Of a stretch of DNA of 56,309 nt, positions 1-6,416 are shown piece after piece. The stretch is taken from IMG/VR virus record IMGVR_UViG_3300046171_000013, positions 1 to 56,309 of that record; one strand, written 5' to 3'. The position numbers and the translations under genes are program-made. The notes under the pieces are model-generated. The model was not told the origin of the DNA, did not search any database, and saw only the letters and a program-made list of their open reading frames with translations. How positions within the stretch are numbered: position 1 is the first letter of the stretch; each line of letters begins with the position of its first letter. The stretch is from a virus. Lineage: Duplodnaviria; Caudoviricetes.

Positions 1-170
1 TTGACACCTGTTACATCACCCAGATGCACCGTGTCAGGAAAGTTGGCCTTTGCAACTTGGATCGCATACTTGTCGATCTCGCTGGCAAAGTAGTTGGTAA
101 TAGGAAAGCCAGCCCTTTCCAAGGCAAGCCTTCCACATGACATTCCGTCAAATAGCGATAGCACGTTCAC
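1..170 (-). CDS. DNA (cytosine-5) methyltransferase, N-terminal part (continues across the window junction into 55227..56309)
   Basis: Manual translation from GTG at 170: MNVLSLFDGMSCGRLALERAGFPITNYFASEIDKYAIQVAKANFPDTVHLGDVTGV. This contains motif I (FxGxG-like) and motifs II/III of C5 MTases. Confidence 0.9.
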   Translation of the reverse strand, partial: MNVLSLFDGMSCGRLALERAGFPITNYFASEIDKYAIQVAKANFPDTVHLGDVTGV

Positions 171-570
171 CGTATTTCTCCTTCATTTCCGTATGCGTTA
201 ACTCATCAATCAAAACCCAATCATATGTGTACTTGTCCACATGCTGGCGATCATAAATCTCAATCCACAAATCTTGGCTGTTATGCTTTGAGATCACATA
301 ATGATAGTCGCACCAATCATTGGCCTCCAACATCTCTTCACGATCCTTGAACCTCGCATTTACCAAACGAACCTCACCGCCCTTGCGGTTCTTGTTCGCC
401 GCAACAAATGCCGCCGCAAACTCATCAGCCTCAAACCGAGGGAGCGGCCACGCATACGCCTTGGCCTCCTCAATGAAATGCACCGCACCTTCTGGGTAGT
501 TGTCATAGTGCTTGTAAACATGAACCTCTTCATGCTCGTCCTCAAAAATGTAAATCGCTCTAGTTCCCAT
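148..570 (-). CDS. Phage hypothetical protein (MGTR...HYDNYP type)
   Basis: 140-aa ORF with GGAGG RBS; its stop overlaps the MTase start region. Confidence 0.75.
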   Translation of the reverse strand: MGTRAIYIFEDEHEEVHVYKHYDNYPEGAVHFIEEAKAYAWPLPRFEADEFAAAFVAANKNRKGGEVRLVNARFKDREEMLEANDWCDYHYVISKHNSQDLWIEIYDRQHVDKYTYDWVLIDELTHTEMKEKYGERAIAI

Positions 571-743
571 CTGTCTGCCTCCAATACTTTCTGCATTAAA
601 ATCTTCACAATATTCCCATGTCCGGCATAGAGCTTCGCCTCATCCGAACCATCATCAACCTGATCCTCAATGAAACGATCCAGAGCTACCTCCAAAACAT
701 TCCACTGCTTCGCGGTTAAAGATATTGAAATCAAATCATCCAT
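360..743 (-). CDS. Small hypothetical protein (3' end uncertain)
   Basis: ATG at 743 (MDDLISI...) with GAGGAGG RBS. The long overlap with 148..570 suggests the true stop is near 565. Confidence 0.45.
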   Translation of the reverse strand: MDDLISISLTAKQWNVLEVALDRFIEDQVDDGSDEAKLYAGHGNIVKILMQKVLEADRWELERFTFLRTSMKRFMFTSTMTTTQKVRCISLRRPRRMRGRSLGLRLMSLRRHLLRRTRTARAVRFVW

Positions 744-879
744 TGTCTGCCTCCTCAAGATTCTCAAACCGGACATAAATCTGCCCTTCTTCCTCATCAC
801 CAACATAAACCTCCAAGAAATCTACGTCAGATTCTTTGACCAAATCCCAAAGACCATCAAACAAAACTCGCTTATCCAT
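736..879 (-). CDS. Small acidic hypothetical protein (47 aa)
   Basis: Manual translation MDKRVLFDGLWDLVKESDVDFLEVYVGDEEEGQIYVRFENLEEADNG; GGAGG RBS; overlaps both neighbours by a few nt. Confidence 0.65.
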   Translation of the reverse strand: MDKRVLFDGLWDLVKESDVDFLEVYVGDEEEGQIYVRFENLEEADNG

Positions 880-1051
880 CGTCTTCCTCCACTATCTGAT
901 GAAACTTGAATCCCGAACCATGGCACTTGTGACAATCAACAACATCGCCGCGCCTGCCTGACTCAAACCCATGACCGCAGCACCAGTCGCAATAAATAGC
1001 GTACTCGATGCGTGAACCTTGAATCACGAGCCTTTCCTGTACTTCCTGCAT
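872..1051 (-). CDS. Small DnaJ-type zinc-finger protein
   Basis: CDWCCGHG and CHKCHGSG (CxxCxGxG x2); ATGGAGGAC RBS. Confidence 0.7.
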   Translation of the reverse strand: MQEVQERLVIQGSRIEYAIYCDWCCGHGFESGRRGDVVDCHKCHGSGFKFHQIVEEDDG

Positions 1052-1082
1052 ATCGTCCTCCATGACTGATATTTATTTGTTA

Positions 1083-1112
1083 ACTATACAGGAAACAAGA
1101 CAACATGCAACA
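1083..1112 (-). promoter_or_regulatory. Leftward sigma70-like promoter
   Basis: TTGCAT-N16-TATAGT on the minus strand; shares a 13/14 match (TGTTG[C/T]ATGTTGTC) with the promoter at 5767-5797. Confidence 0.55.
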
Positions 1113-1159
1113 AGTTATTTTACCGAACCCAGAGAACCGATACTCTTCCTCAATCGGCT

Positions 1160-1434
1160 TGGTACACTTGTCTCATTTGTTACACCTCTTTTGCTGAAAA
1201 AAAAGTTTTGAAAAAAGTTCAAATGTAGTGTGACAAGTGTGACAAGTGTGACAAGAATGGCTGTGATCCACGGATATCAAGGGTTTGAGCTTGGCACACT
1301 TCTAAGCATTTTTGGCACACTTGTCACACTTTGGAGACTCTATAGGACTACAAGTACAAATGTTGGTTTTTTGGCCTTTTTTGAAAAGGCTTCAAATCAT
1401 TGTTTTTTTAGGGTACAAGTGTGACATGTGTACC
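1160..1434. repeat. Direct and inverted GTGTGACAA repeats; candidate replication origin or terminase-binding region
   Basis: GTGTGACAA x3 in tandem (1228-1254); inverted copies CACTTGTCTCA (~1165) and CACACTTGTCACAC (~1316); CAAGTGTGACA (~1416); A/T tracts at 1196-1217. Confidence 0.65.
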
Positions 1435-1998
1435 AAGAAAACCGATATTCTTGCAGATGATATAGAGGCCGAGACTGGACGAAAGTTGACGAATCGTCAG
1501 CGTGAGTTCGCTCGTTACTATGTTGAAGGAATCTACTCCAATGCGGAGTGCGCTAGAAAAGCTGGATACGCATCCAATAGTGCGGCGTCCATTGCTGGTC
1601 ATCTTTTGGCAGGCAAAAAGTTTCCACAGCTTGTCGATTACATCCAAGAACTAAGAGAAGAACGAGAACGCCGATATGGCGTAACCGTAACAGGTCAGCT
1701 AAAGCGATTGCACGAGCTGTCTTCTGGTGCGGAAGAGGCTGGCCAGTTTTCAGCGGCGATTAACGCTGAGAAGATTCGTTCCGCTCTTGGTGGCTTGACC
1801 GTAGATAGGCGAGAACAGATTCACCAGCTTGATGATCTTTCCCGTGAAGAGATCACCGCCCGTTTGTCTCAACTTCGTCAGCAGTATCCACAAGCCTTCA
1901 TTGAAGGCGAGTATAAGGAGGTAACTGATGCCGACACCGGAGGCGAACTTTTGGAACACCGTCCGCAGGAATCTGCCGAAGAGCTGTTATCCGACTAG
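1426..1998 (+). CDS. terS: Terminase small subunit
   Basis: LTNRQREFARYYVEG...NAECARKAGY HTH typical of TerS; SAAINAE oligomerisation segment; start probably MCTKK at 1426. Confidence 0.8.
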   Translation: MCTKKTDILADDIEAETGRKLTNRQREFARYYVEGIYSNAECARKAGYASNSAASIAGHLLAGKKFPQLVDYIQELREERERRYGVTVTGQLKRLHELSSGAEEAGQFSAAINAEKIRSALGGLTVDRREQIHQLDDLSREEITARLSQLRQQYPQAFIEGEYKEVTDADTGGELLEHRPQESAEELLSD

Positions 1999-2467
1999 AA
2001 TCGAGAACCGCCATGGTGGCGGCGTGCCTGACGTACATTTTGCATGGTCTGGGCTTGTATTCTGGATAGAATTAAAAACAACTAAAAACAACACGGTTCG
2101 ATTATCGCCGCAACAAATCGCGTGGAATACCGCGTATTCGCGTAATGGCGGCTTGTCATTCATCTTGGTTAAGCACCTCCCTTCGGGTGACCTAATTTTG
2201 TTTGAAGGCGCCCAGAGCCTTGAAATCGGGCGCAATGGGCTAAGATCGGGGAGCTTGTTTCGGGGTTCGGGACACCAGGACCTGTGGCACCAGGTTCGGG
2301 AGTCGGGGATCGGGCATCTTGAATCGGTACTGGCGCAGCTTCGGGGTTCGGGAGTCGGGGATTCGGGTTCGGGGATCGGGGATCCTGGACCTGGGCAGCC
2401 AGGGACTGGTGCCCCAGTACCAGGGTTACAGCAACCTGGGCTCGAGGCAAAAGAAAAGGAGGCCTAA
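1928..2467 (+). CDS. VRR-NUC-like / Holliday-junction resolvase-like PD-(D/E)xK nuclease
   Basis: GVPDV...WIELK...LSPQQIAW motif; the low-complexity C-terminus is encoded by the TCGGG array. Confidence 0.8.
   Translation: MPTPEANFWNTVRRNLPKSCYPTRIENRHGGGVPDVHFAWSGLVFWIELKTTKNNTVRLSPQQIAWNTAYSRNGGLSFILVKHLPSGDLILFEGAQSLEIGRNGLRSGSLFRGSGHQDLWHQVRESGIGHLESVLAQLRGSGVGDSGSGIGDPGPGQPGTGAPVPGLQQPGLEAKEKEA
2226..2382 (+). repeat. TCGGG repeat array 1 (G-quadruplex-capable)
   Basis: More than 10 same-strand TCGGG(G) copies; six G-tracts in 2343-2381. Confidence 0.85.
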
Positions 2468-2483
2468 GCCTCCTCCTCCTTTA
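2449..2483. terminator. Terminator between convergent genes
   Basis: AGGAGGC-CTAA-GCCTCCT hairpin with an A-tract on the left. Confidence 0.6.
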
Positions 2484-2607
2484 TGCTATCCTCGATCTTG
2501 TCGATCAAGGCGCCGAAGGCTGCGAATATGTCTCTATCCTCCGGATCCTTTTCGCATTGCTCAACGACAATGTGCTTTATGTGCATGATGATATCTTCTT
2601 TGGTCAT
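2464..2607 (-). CDS. Small hypothetical protein (47 aa)
   Basis: MTKEDIIMHIKH...; ATGA overlap with the upstream gene. Confidence 0.6.
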   Translation of the reverse strand: MTKEDIIMHIKHIVVEQCEKDPEDRDIFAAFGALIDKIEDSIKEEEA

Positions 2608-3212
2608 TTCACAGCCTCTACAATTTGAGTAACGCCATTGTTCGGCGTATAGCATAGCAAGCAATCCTTGCATTTTTGGCCGGTGCAATTTTGTGGCGCG
2701 TCACTGTCCGGTGATACGTTGTTAAACGTCCGGTCAAAGAATGCCGGCGGATTGTCCATTACCGCGTCAATGCGCGGGTTGCTATAGATAAGGATAAGAT
2801 TCGCGGGTTTTTGGTTCTGCATATAAAACTTGCGAATCCATCCTTTGCGCTTTGTCCACAATGCAAAAGAGCAATGCGGATTATGTAACGTGATGTTGTG
2901 GAAATTTTCCAGCATGGTCAGGTTTATCAATTCGCCATGACCGGAAAACCTAAAAAATGCGTCTAGGATTGTCGGCAACATATGCTCCGGAATCAATCCA
3001 CCGGACAACATATCGCTATTGTGTTGCCATGCGGGAGCGCAATTTTTGCGCAATCCGTTTAGCATCTCAACGCTATAGCACTCTGTGCATATGATTGACG
3101 GATCCCCGCACGCGCTCATTTTCATGCAATATTCATTGGTCAGCGTGTTCGTGTTCAATGCTTTGAACCCGTCCAGCTTGCCTGTCATTTTAGAAATTTT
3201 CAAAACGTCCAT
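2604..3212 (-). CDS. Gp88-like Cys-rich phage protein
   Basis: Start MDVLKISKMTGKL with ATGGAGG RBS; C..C..CxxCY, FRFSGHGE, LWTKR and C-terminal CxxxxCxxCxxC motifs recalled for the Gp88 family. Confidence 0.65.
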   Translation of the reverse strand: MDVLKISKMTGKLDGFKALNTNTLTNEYCMKMSACGDPSIICTECYSVEMLNGLRKNCAPAWQHNSDMLSGGLIPEHMLPTILDAFFRFSGHGELINLTMLENFHNITLHNPHCSFALWTKRKGWIRKFYMQNQKPANLILIYSNPRIDAVMDNPPAFFDRTFNNVSPDSDAPQNCTGQKCKDCLLCYTPNNGVTQIVEAVK

Positions 3213-3238
3213 TGTAATCCTCCATAGTTTACAAGTTA

Positions 3239-3267
3239 AATATAAACTAAAAACAATCAGGAAACAA
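3239..3267 (-). promoter_or_regulatory. Early sigma70-like promoter
   Basis: TTGTTT-N17-TATATT immediately upstream of the RBS. Confidence 0.55.
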
Positions 3268-3276
3268 ACAAAAAGA

Positions 3277-3349
3277 TTCGGGTTCGGGTTCACCTGGACC
3301 ACGACCTGGTCGGGCAGCCTCGAGTCGGGTTCGGGTTCGGGATTCGGGA
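3277..3349 (+). repeat. TCGGG repeat array 2
   Basis: GGGTTCGGGTTCGGGATTCGGG at 3327-3348 plus three further copies. Confidence 0.85.
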
Positions 3350-3354
3350 CTAAT

Positions 3355-3407
3355 AAAAACGCCCAGGGACTGGCCCTGGGCGCCGCTCTAGTATGGAGGA
3401 CTAGAAA
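3355..3407 (-). ncRNA. Putative anti-Shine-Dalgarno hairpin RNA module followed by a terminator
   Basis: TCTAGT-CCTCCAT-ACTAGA stem-loop, then CGCCCAGGG-CCAGT-CCCTGGGCG-TTTTT; 15 nt identical to 18609-18623. Confidence 0.55.
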
Positions 3408-3418
3408 CAAAAACAAAT

Positions 3419-3443
3419 AAAAGCCCAGTCTCGAGGACTGGGC
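3419..3443 (-). terminator. Intrinsic terminator
   Basis: GCCCAGTC-CTCGA-GACTGGGC-TTTT. Confidence 0.7.
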
Positions 3444-3482
3444 AGCCGGATGGATGGGGCTGGCATCACCAGCCCCATCGCT

Positions 3483-3941
3483 CTAGGCGTATTCAGATTG
3501 GAGATGTTCGTCTATCTCATCCCCATCCTGTATTTCATTGTGATAGAAATCCCCATCAACAGAATATTCGCCATGGTATCCCATGCCATATTCCACATAT
3601 TTGGCGACTAGATTGAATCCCTGTTTAATCATCTCATCATATACAGGGATTGGTGGCGACCATGCTGTGTCGAATTTGAACACATATGTCTCGCCATTCT
3701 CATCGCTATAGATTTCATCTGTATCCCATGGCGAACAGACATCCCATTTCGTGCCCCAATTATCGCACGCCCAATCATACCAATTAGGAGAGTCTGAAGG
3801 AGATGTTGTATCCTTCAATGCTTCTGGCATGGGTTTGATATGGTCGCACATCTCGCCATTGATGATGGCGTCTTTCAACGCCACCATCTTGTTTTTGTCT
3901 GCATGAGACACATAGATTACATTCTGACACCAATTAGGCAT
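3483..3941 (-). CDS. YubB/DUF1281 ferredoxin-like family protein
   Basis: MPNWCQN...WYDW...NWGTKWD...FDTAWSPP signature. Confidence 0.8.
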   Translation of the reverse strand: MPNWCQNVIYVSHADKNKMVALKDAIINGEMCDHIKPMPEALKDTTSPSDSPNWYDWACDNWGTKWDVCSPWDTDEIYSDENGETYVFKFDTAWSPPIPVYDEMIKQGFNLVAKYVEYGMGYHGEYSVDGDFYHNEIQDGDEIDEHLQSEYA

Positions 3942-4302
3942 AGATAGATACCTCCGTTTCTGAGAGACGAATGTCCAATTCACCATTCCGGCGGACACGA
4001 ATCATTTGTTGTTCTGACAATGGGATGAACTCCGCGAAATCATCTCCGCTTACATCATGAGTCTTTTCCCATAAATCCTTAACGCGCGGAGAATATCCAC
4101 GCGCATAGATAACGTGACATTTGTTTTTGCTAACAATGTCACGCTCTGACGATGGTGACATCAGATAGATGCCCTCATCCTTTACAAGCCACAAACCATA
4201 TTCATCTGTGGTCTCATCCACATAAGGAATTTTGCGGTCATGCTTGACCATGTGGTCAATCATTCTCGCGAACTCTTTACTTCTAAACTTTAGTCTATGC
4301 AT
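3934..4302 (-). CDS. DUF3085 family protein
   Basis: LVKDEGIYLM...YARGY.P...GDDFAEFI signature. Confidence 0.75.
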   Translation of the reverse strand: MHRLKFRSKEFARMIDHMVKHDRKIPYVDETTDEYGLWLVKDEGIYLMSPSSERDIVSKNKCHVIYARGYSPRVKDLWEKTHDVSGDDFAEFIPLSEQQMIRVRRNGELDIRLSETEVSIYA

Positions 4303-4331
4303 CTAATCCTCCATTGGTTATTGCATATCTC

Positions 4332-4360
4332 ATTATAACTAATAACAAACTAAACACAAA
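4332..4360 (-). promoter_or_regulatory. Early sigma70-like promoter
   Basis: TTGTGT-N16-TATAAT, directly after a terminator. Confidence 0.6.
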
Positions 4361-4361
4361 C

Positions 4362-4405
4362 AAAAAGAGCGGCATCTCTGCCGCTCTTTCCGTCCTATGG
4401 AGGAA
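4362..4405 (-). terminator. Intrinsic terminator preceded by an anti-SD sequence
   Basis: TTCCTCCATAGGAC, then AAAGAGCGGCA-GAGA-TGCCGCTCTTT-TT. Confidence 0.75.
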
Positions 4406-4669
4406 CTAAATCCTATCCCATGATCTTGGATTGTCTCTGTGATCCTCGTCAACATAGCGATCTGTGATCTCATATTTCGTGCCCATGCTGTCAAGTTTGT
4501 TCAGATACTTTGGAAAATCGCAATCTTCCTCCAGCGCGTATATCTCACCATTAGGCGTTTGGTATGAGCATTGTGAGAAATCTGCCGCAGACATCCGCGC
4601 AGCCGCGAGCTGTTCTCTTGAAACGATGCCCCAGCCATGTCCTTGGTCTGTGATAAATACGATATTCAT
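4406..4669 (-). CDS. Conserved phage early hypothetical protein (DxGHGW...LEEDCD)
   Basis: MNIVFITDQGHGW...YALEEDCD; ATGGAGGAC RBS. Confidence 0.75.
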   Translation of the reverse strand: MNIVFITDQGHGWGIVSREQLAAARMSAADFSQCSYQTPNGEIYALEEDCDFPKYLNKLDSMGTKYEITDRYVDEDHRDNPRSWDRI

Positions 4670-4694
4670 TTTGTTGTCCTCCATAGACAGGTTG

Positions 4695-4786
4695 AAAAGA
4701 GTAGGGAGAGCTGTTCGCATCACTGGTCGGCGGTCATCGCGACTCCCTACAAGAATGATTATACACATTAACAAACACAAAACAAA
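4695..4786 (-). promoter_or_regulatory. Promoter followed by a 50-nt 5' leader hairpin
   Basis: TTGTTT-N16-TATAAT (4758-4785), then a GTAGGGAG...CTCCCTAC stem (4701-4750) followed by TCTTTT. Confidence 0.55.
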
Positions 4787-4793
4787 CTAAATT

Positions 4794-4838
4794 ATTCGGA
4801 TCGGGTTCGCTATGATTCGGGTCGGGTCGGGTTCGGGA
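4794..4838 (+). repeat. TCGGG repeat array 3
   Basis: GGGTCGGGTCGGGTTCGGG at 4819-4837. Confidence 0.85.
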
Positions 4839-4915
4839 CTGGTGGCTTTAGTCACCAGTAGGGCGCCGCCCTTTGCTATAGGCGTAAGACTATAGCATCT
4901 AAAATCTAGGCAAAT

Positions 4916-4944
4916 AAAAAAGGAGACGGCTAGCGCCGTCTCCT
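4916..4944 (-). terminator. Intrinsic terminator
   Basis: AGGAGACGGC-GCTA-GCCGTCTCCT-TTTTT. Confidence 0.8.
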
Positions 4945-5118
4945 CATGATATGCAATAAGCCAGCGCAATAGAATGCCGCGCCAGCGTGTAGGATCATGG
5001 CTAGTCGCATGACCTGATGACCTAGATCATCGAGCGGTTCCACCAGCCCGAAGATTAGATGGGCAGACGCTAGCAGGAATAATCCTGCTAGCACCATGCT
5101 AAGTTTAACCAGCCGCAT
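4930..5118 (-). CDS. Small two-TM membrane protein
   Basis: Two hydrophobic segments and an RRRR C-terminus. Confidence 0.55.
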   Translation of the reverse strand: MRLVKLSMVLAGLFLLASAHLIFGLVEPLDDLGHQVMRLAMILHAGAAFYCAGLLHIMRRRR

Positions 5119-5416
5119 GATATGCCGCTTTCCAGTCTGGCGTGCATTCAATCAGCATGAAATTGTTCATGATCTCATCAGCGTATTGATCGCCATAATC
5201 CCATGATCCATAGGTCGCATCCGACATCGCGGCAGTAAACCACCGCGAATAAGGATCGGCCTTACAGTTATCAGGCTTTTTGTATGTCTTCAAAATGGCG
5301 ATAGTGATAACGCCAAGATCGCCAGACCTAGCCTGATAGACTGCATAAGGTTGCTGATCCCCTACCATAAACTTTTCGATAGAGACCGATTTACCAAATG
5401 GGTTTTTCTTAGTCAT
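5105..5416 (-). CDS. Conserved phage early hypothetical protein (KNPFGKS...PYAVY...RWF)
   Basis: ORF with TGGAGGAC RBS; motif pattern recalled from other phage early proteins. Confidence 0.7.
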   Translation of the reverse strand: MTKKNPFGKSVSIEKFMVGDQQPYAVYQARSGDLGVITIAILKTYKKPDNCKADPYSRWFTAAMSDATYGSWDYGDQYADEIMNNFMLIECTPDWKAAYHAAG

Positions 5417-5471
5417 ATTGTCCTCCAAGACAAGGTTGCGGCGGTGGCATGATTGCCACCGCCTAGGGTTG

Positions 5472-5693
5472 CTATTTCCAAGTGAACATCATGCGCGTCT
5501 GCACATATGCCGCCTTGGCTTTCACATTGAAATCTTGAGGCTGCTTGAATGCCAAGTCAGCCTCTATGGCTTCCGCCTCAATATCCGCTTTGGCTTGCGT
5601 CCATGCTTTGACCATCTCTTTGGCCATGTCATGTTGCGCTTTGATTTCAAGATTGTTGAACTCACCGGCGCGGATAAATTTGGTTTTAGTCAT
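5472..5693 (-). CDS. First gene of the early island, hypothetical
   Basis: MTKTKFIRAGEF...; ATGGAGGAC RBS. Confidence 0.65.
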   Translation of the reverse strand: MTKTKFIRAGEFNNLEIKAQHDMAKEMVKAWTQAKADIEAEAIEADLAFKQPQDFNVKAKAAYVQTRMMFTWK

Positions 5694-5766
5694 GTTGTCC
5701 TCCATATGACAAGTTTGCTTTGGGGTCGCTTGGCTATTGCCGTCCGATTTCCCTTAATGTCCTATG

Positions 5767-5797
5767 ACATTACACCAACATGGGACAACATACAACA
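5767..5797 (-). promoter_or_regulatory. Leftward promoter of the early island
   Basis: TTGTAT-N17-TAATGT; shares a 14-mer (one mismatch) with the promoter at 1083-1112. Confidence 0.5.
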
Positions 5798-5800
5798 CTT

Positions 5801-5965
5801 AATAGGGGTTACTTGGTAAAAAAATTGGGGAATATTGCAAATAAAATACCCCCGACCCCCTTGACAAAAAAACGGGCAGCGCCGCCCCACCCACCCGCCC
5901 TAGTTGGGTAGATTCATTCCCGTGTTTTTCCATTGAGCCAAGGTTCAAGTTGCAAGATCCACAAA
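5801..5965. other. Non-coding divergent region with G/C and A tracts; candidate packaging site or physical genome end
   Basis: GGGG, AAAAAAA, ACCCCCGACCCCC and CCCCACCCACCCGCCC tracts between the divergent early island and late operon. Confidence 0.4.
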
Positions 5966-5999
5966 TTAATTGTACGAATGCCTAAAGGAGTCCCTGGGC

Positions 6000-6416
6000 A
6001 TGGAAAAAAATTCTGATGTAAATTCATTTGAGATGTTTGGTCGTATGTGTGTGTTACTGGACAGTGCGCCTTGGTACAGGGATCAGCGGATCAGGGATCT
6101 TGGTTATCGGTTCATTCCTGCGATTGAGCATGGTCGTGTTCGGTATTGGATGCGTGATGGTTCGTTAGTTGGTTTTTGCACATGGTGTTTTCTGACATTT
6201 GAGGAGGGGGAGACGCGCAAGTACAGTGGTAGCGAGGTTTTTTCGCGCACTGGCGGCGATCAGTTGTGGGTTATGGACATGGTGGCGGTTGATAGTGTAT
6301 TATATATTGCGAGAGACATGCGTCAGTTCCTCAGTGATGTTACCGATCATGAGGTGGCGTATTGGAAACGTCCTGATGGTAGACAGGGTAATGCTTGGAG
6401 ATTGAAGCATGGGTGA
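6000..6416 (+). CDS. Toxin-activating lysine acyltransferase (HlyC/RtxC family)-like protein
   Basis: PAIEHG...GFCTW.FL..E...GDQLWVMDMVA...YWKR matches the HlyC-family pattern; AAGGAG RBS before ATG 6000. Confidence 0.75.
   Translation: MEKNSDVNSFEMFGRMCVLLDSAPWYRDQRIRDLGYRFIPAIEHGRVRYWMRDGSLVGFCTWCFLTFEEGETRKYSGSEVFSRTGGDQLWVMDMVAVDSVLYIARDMRQFLSDVTDHEVAYWKRPDGRQGNAWRLKHG

Noticed and set aside
2604-3416. ORF-track N-terminal extensions containing PNPEPEPD repeats
   Set aside because: These translate the non-coding TCGGG array; the real start with RBS is at 3212.
1228-4838. Short repeats as a CRISPR or mini-array
   Set aside because: Repeats are 5-9 bp with no regular unique spacers, and there are no cas genes.
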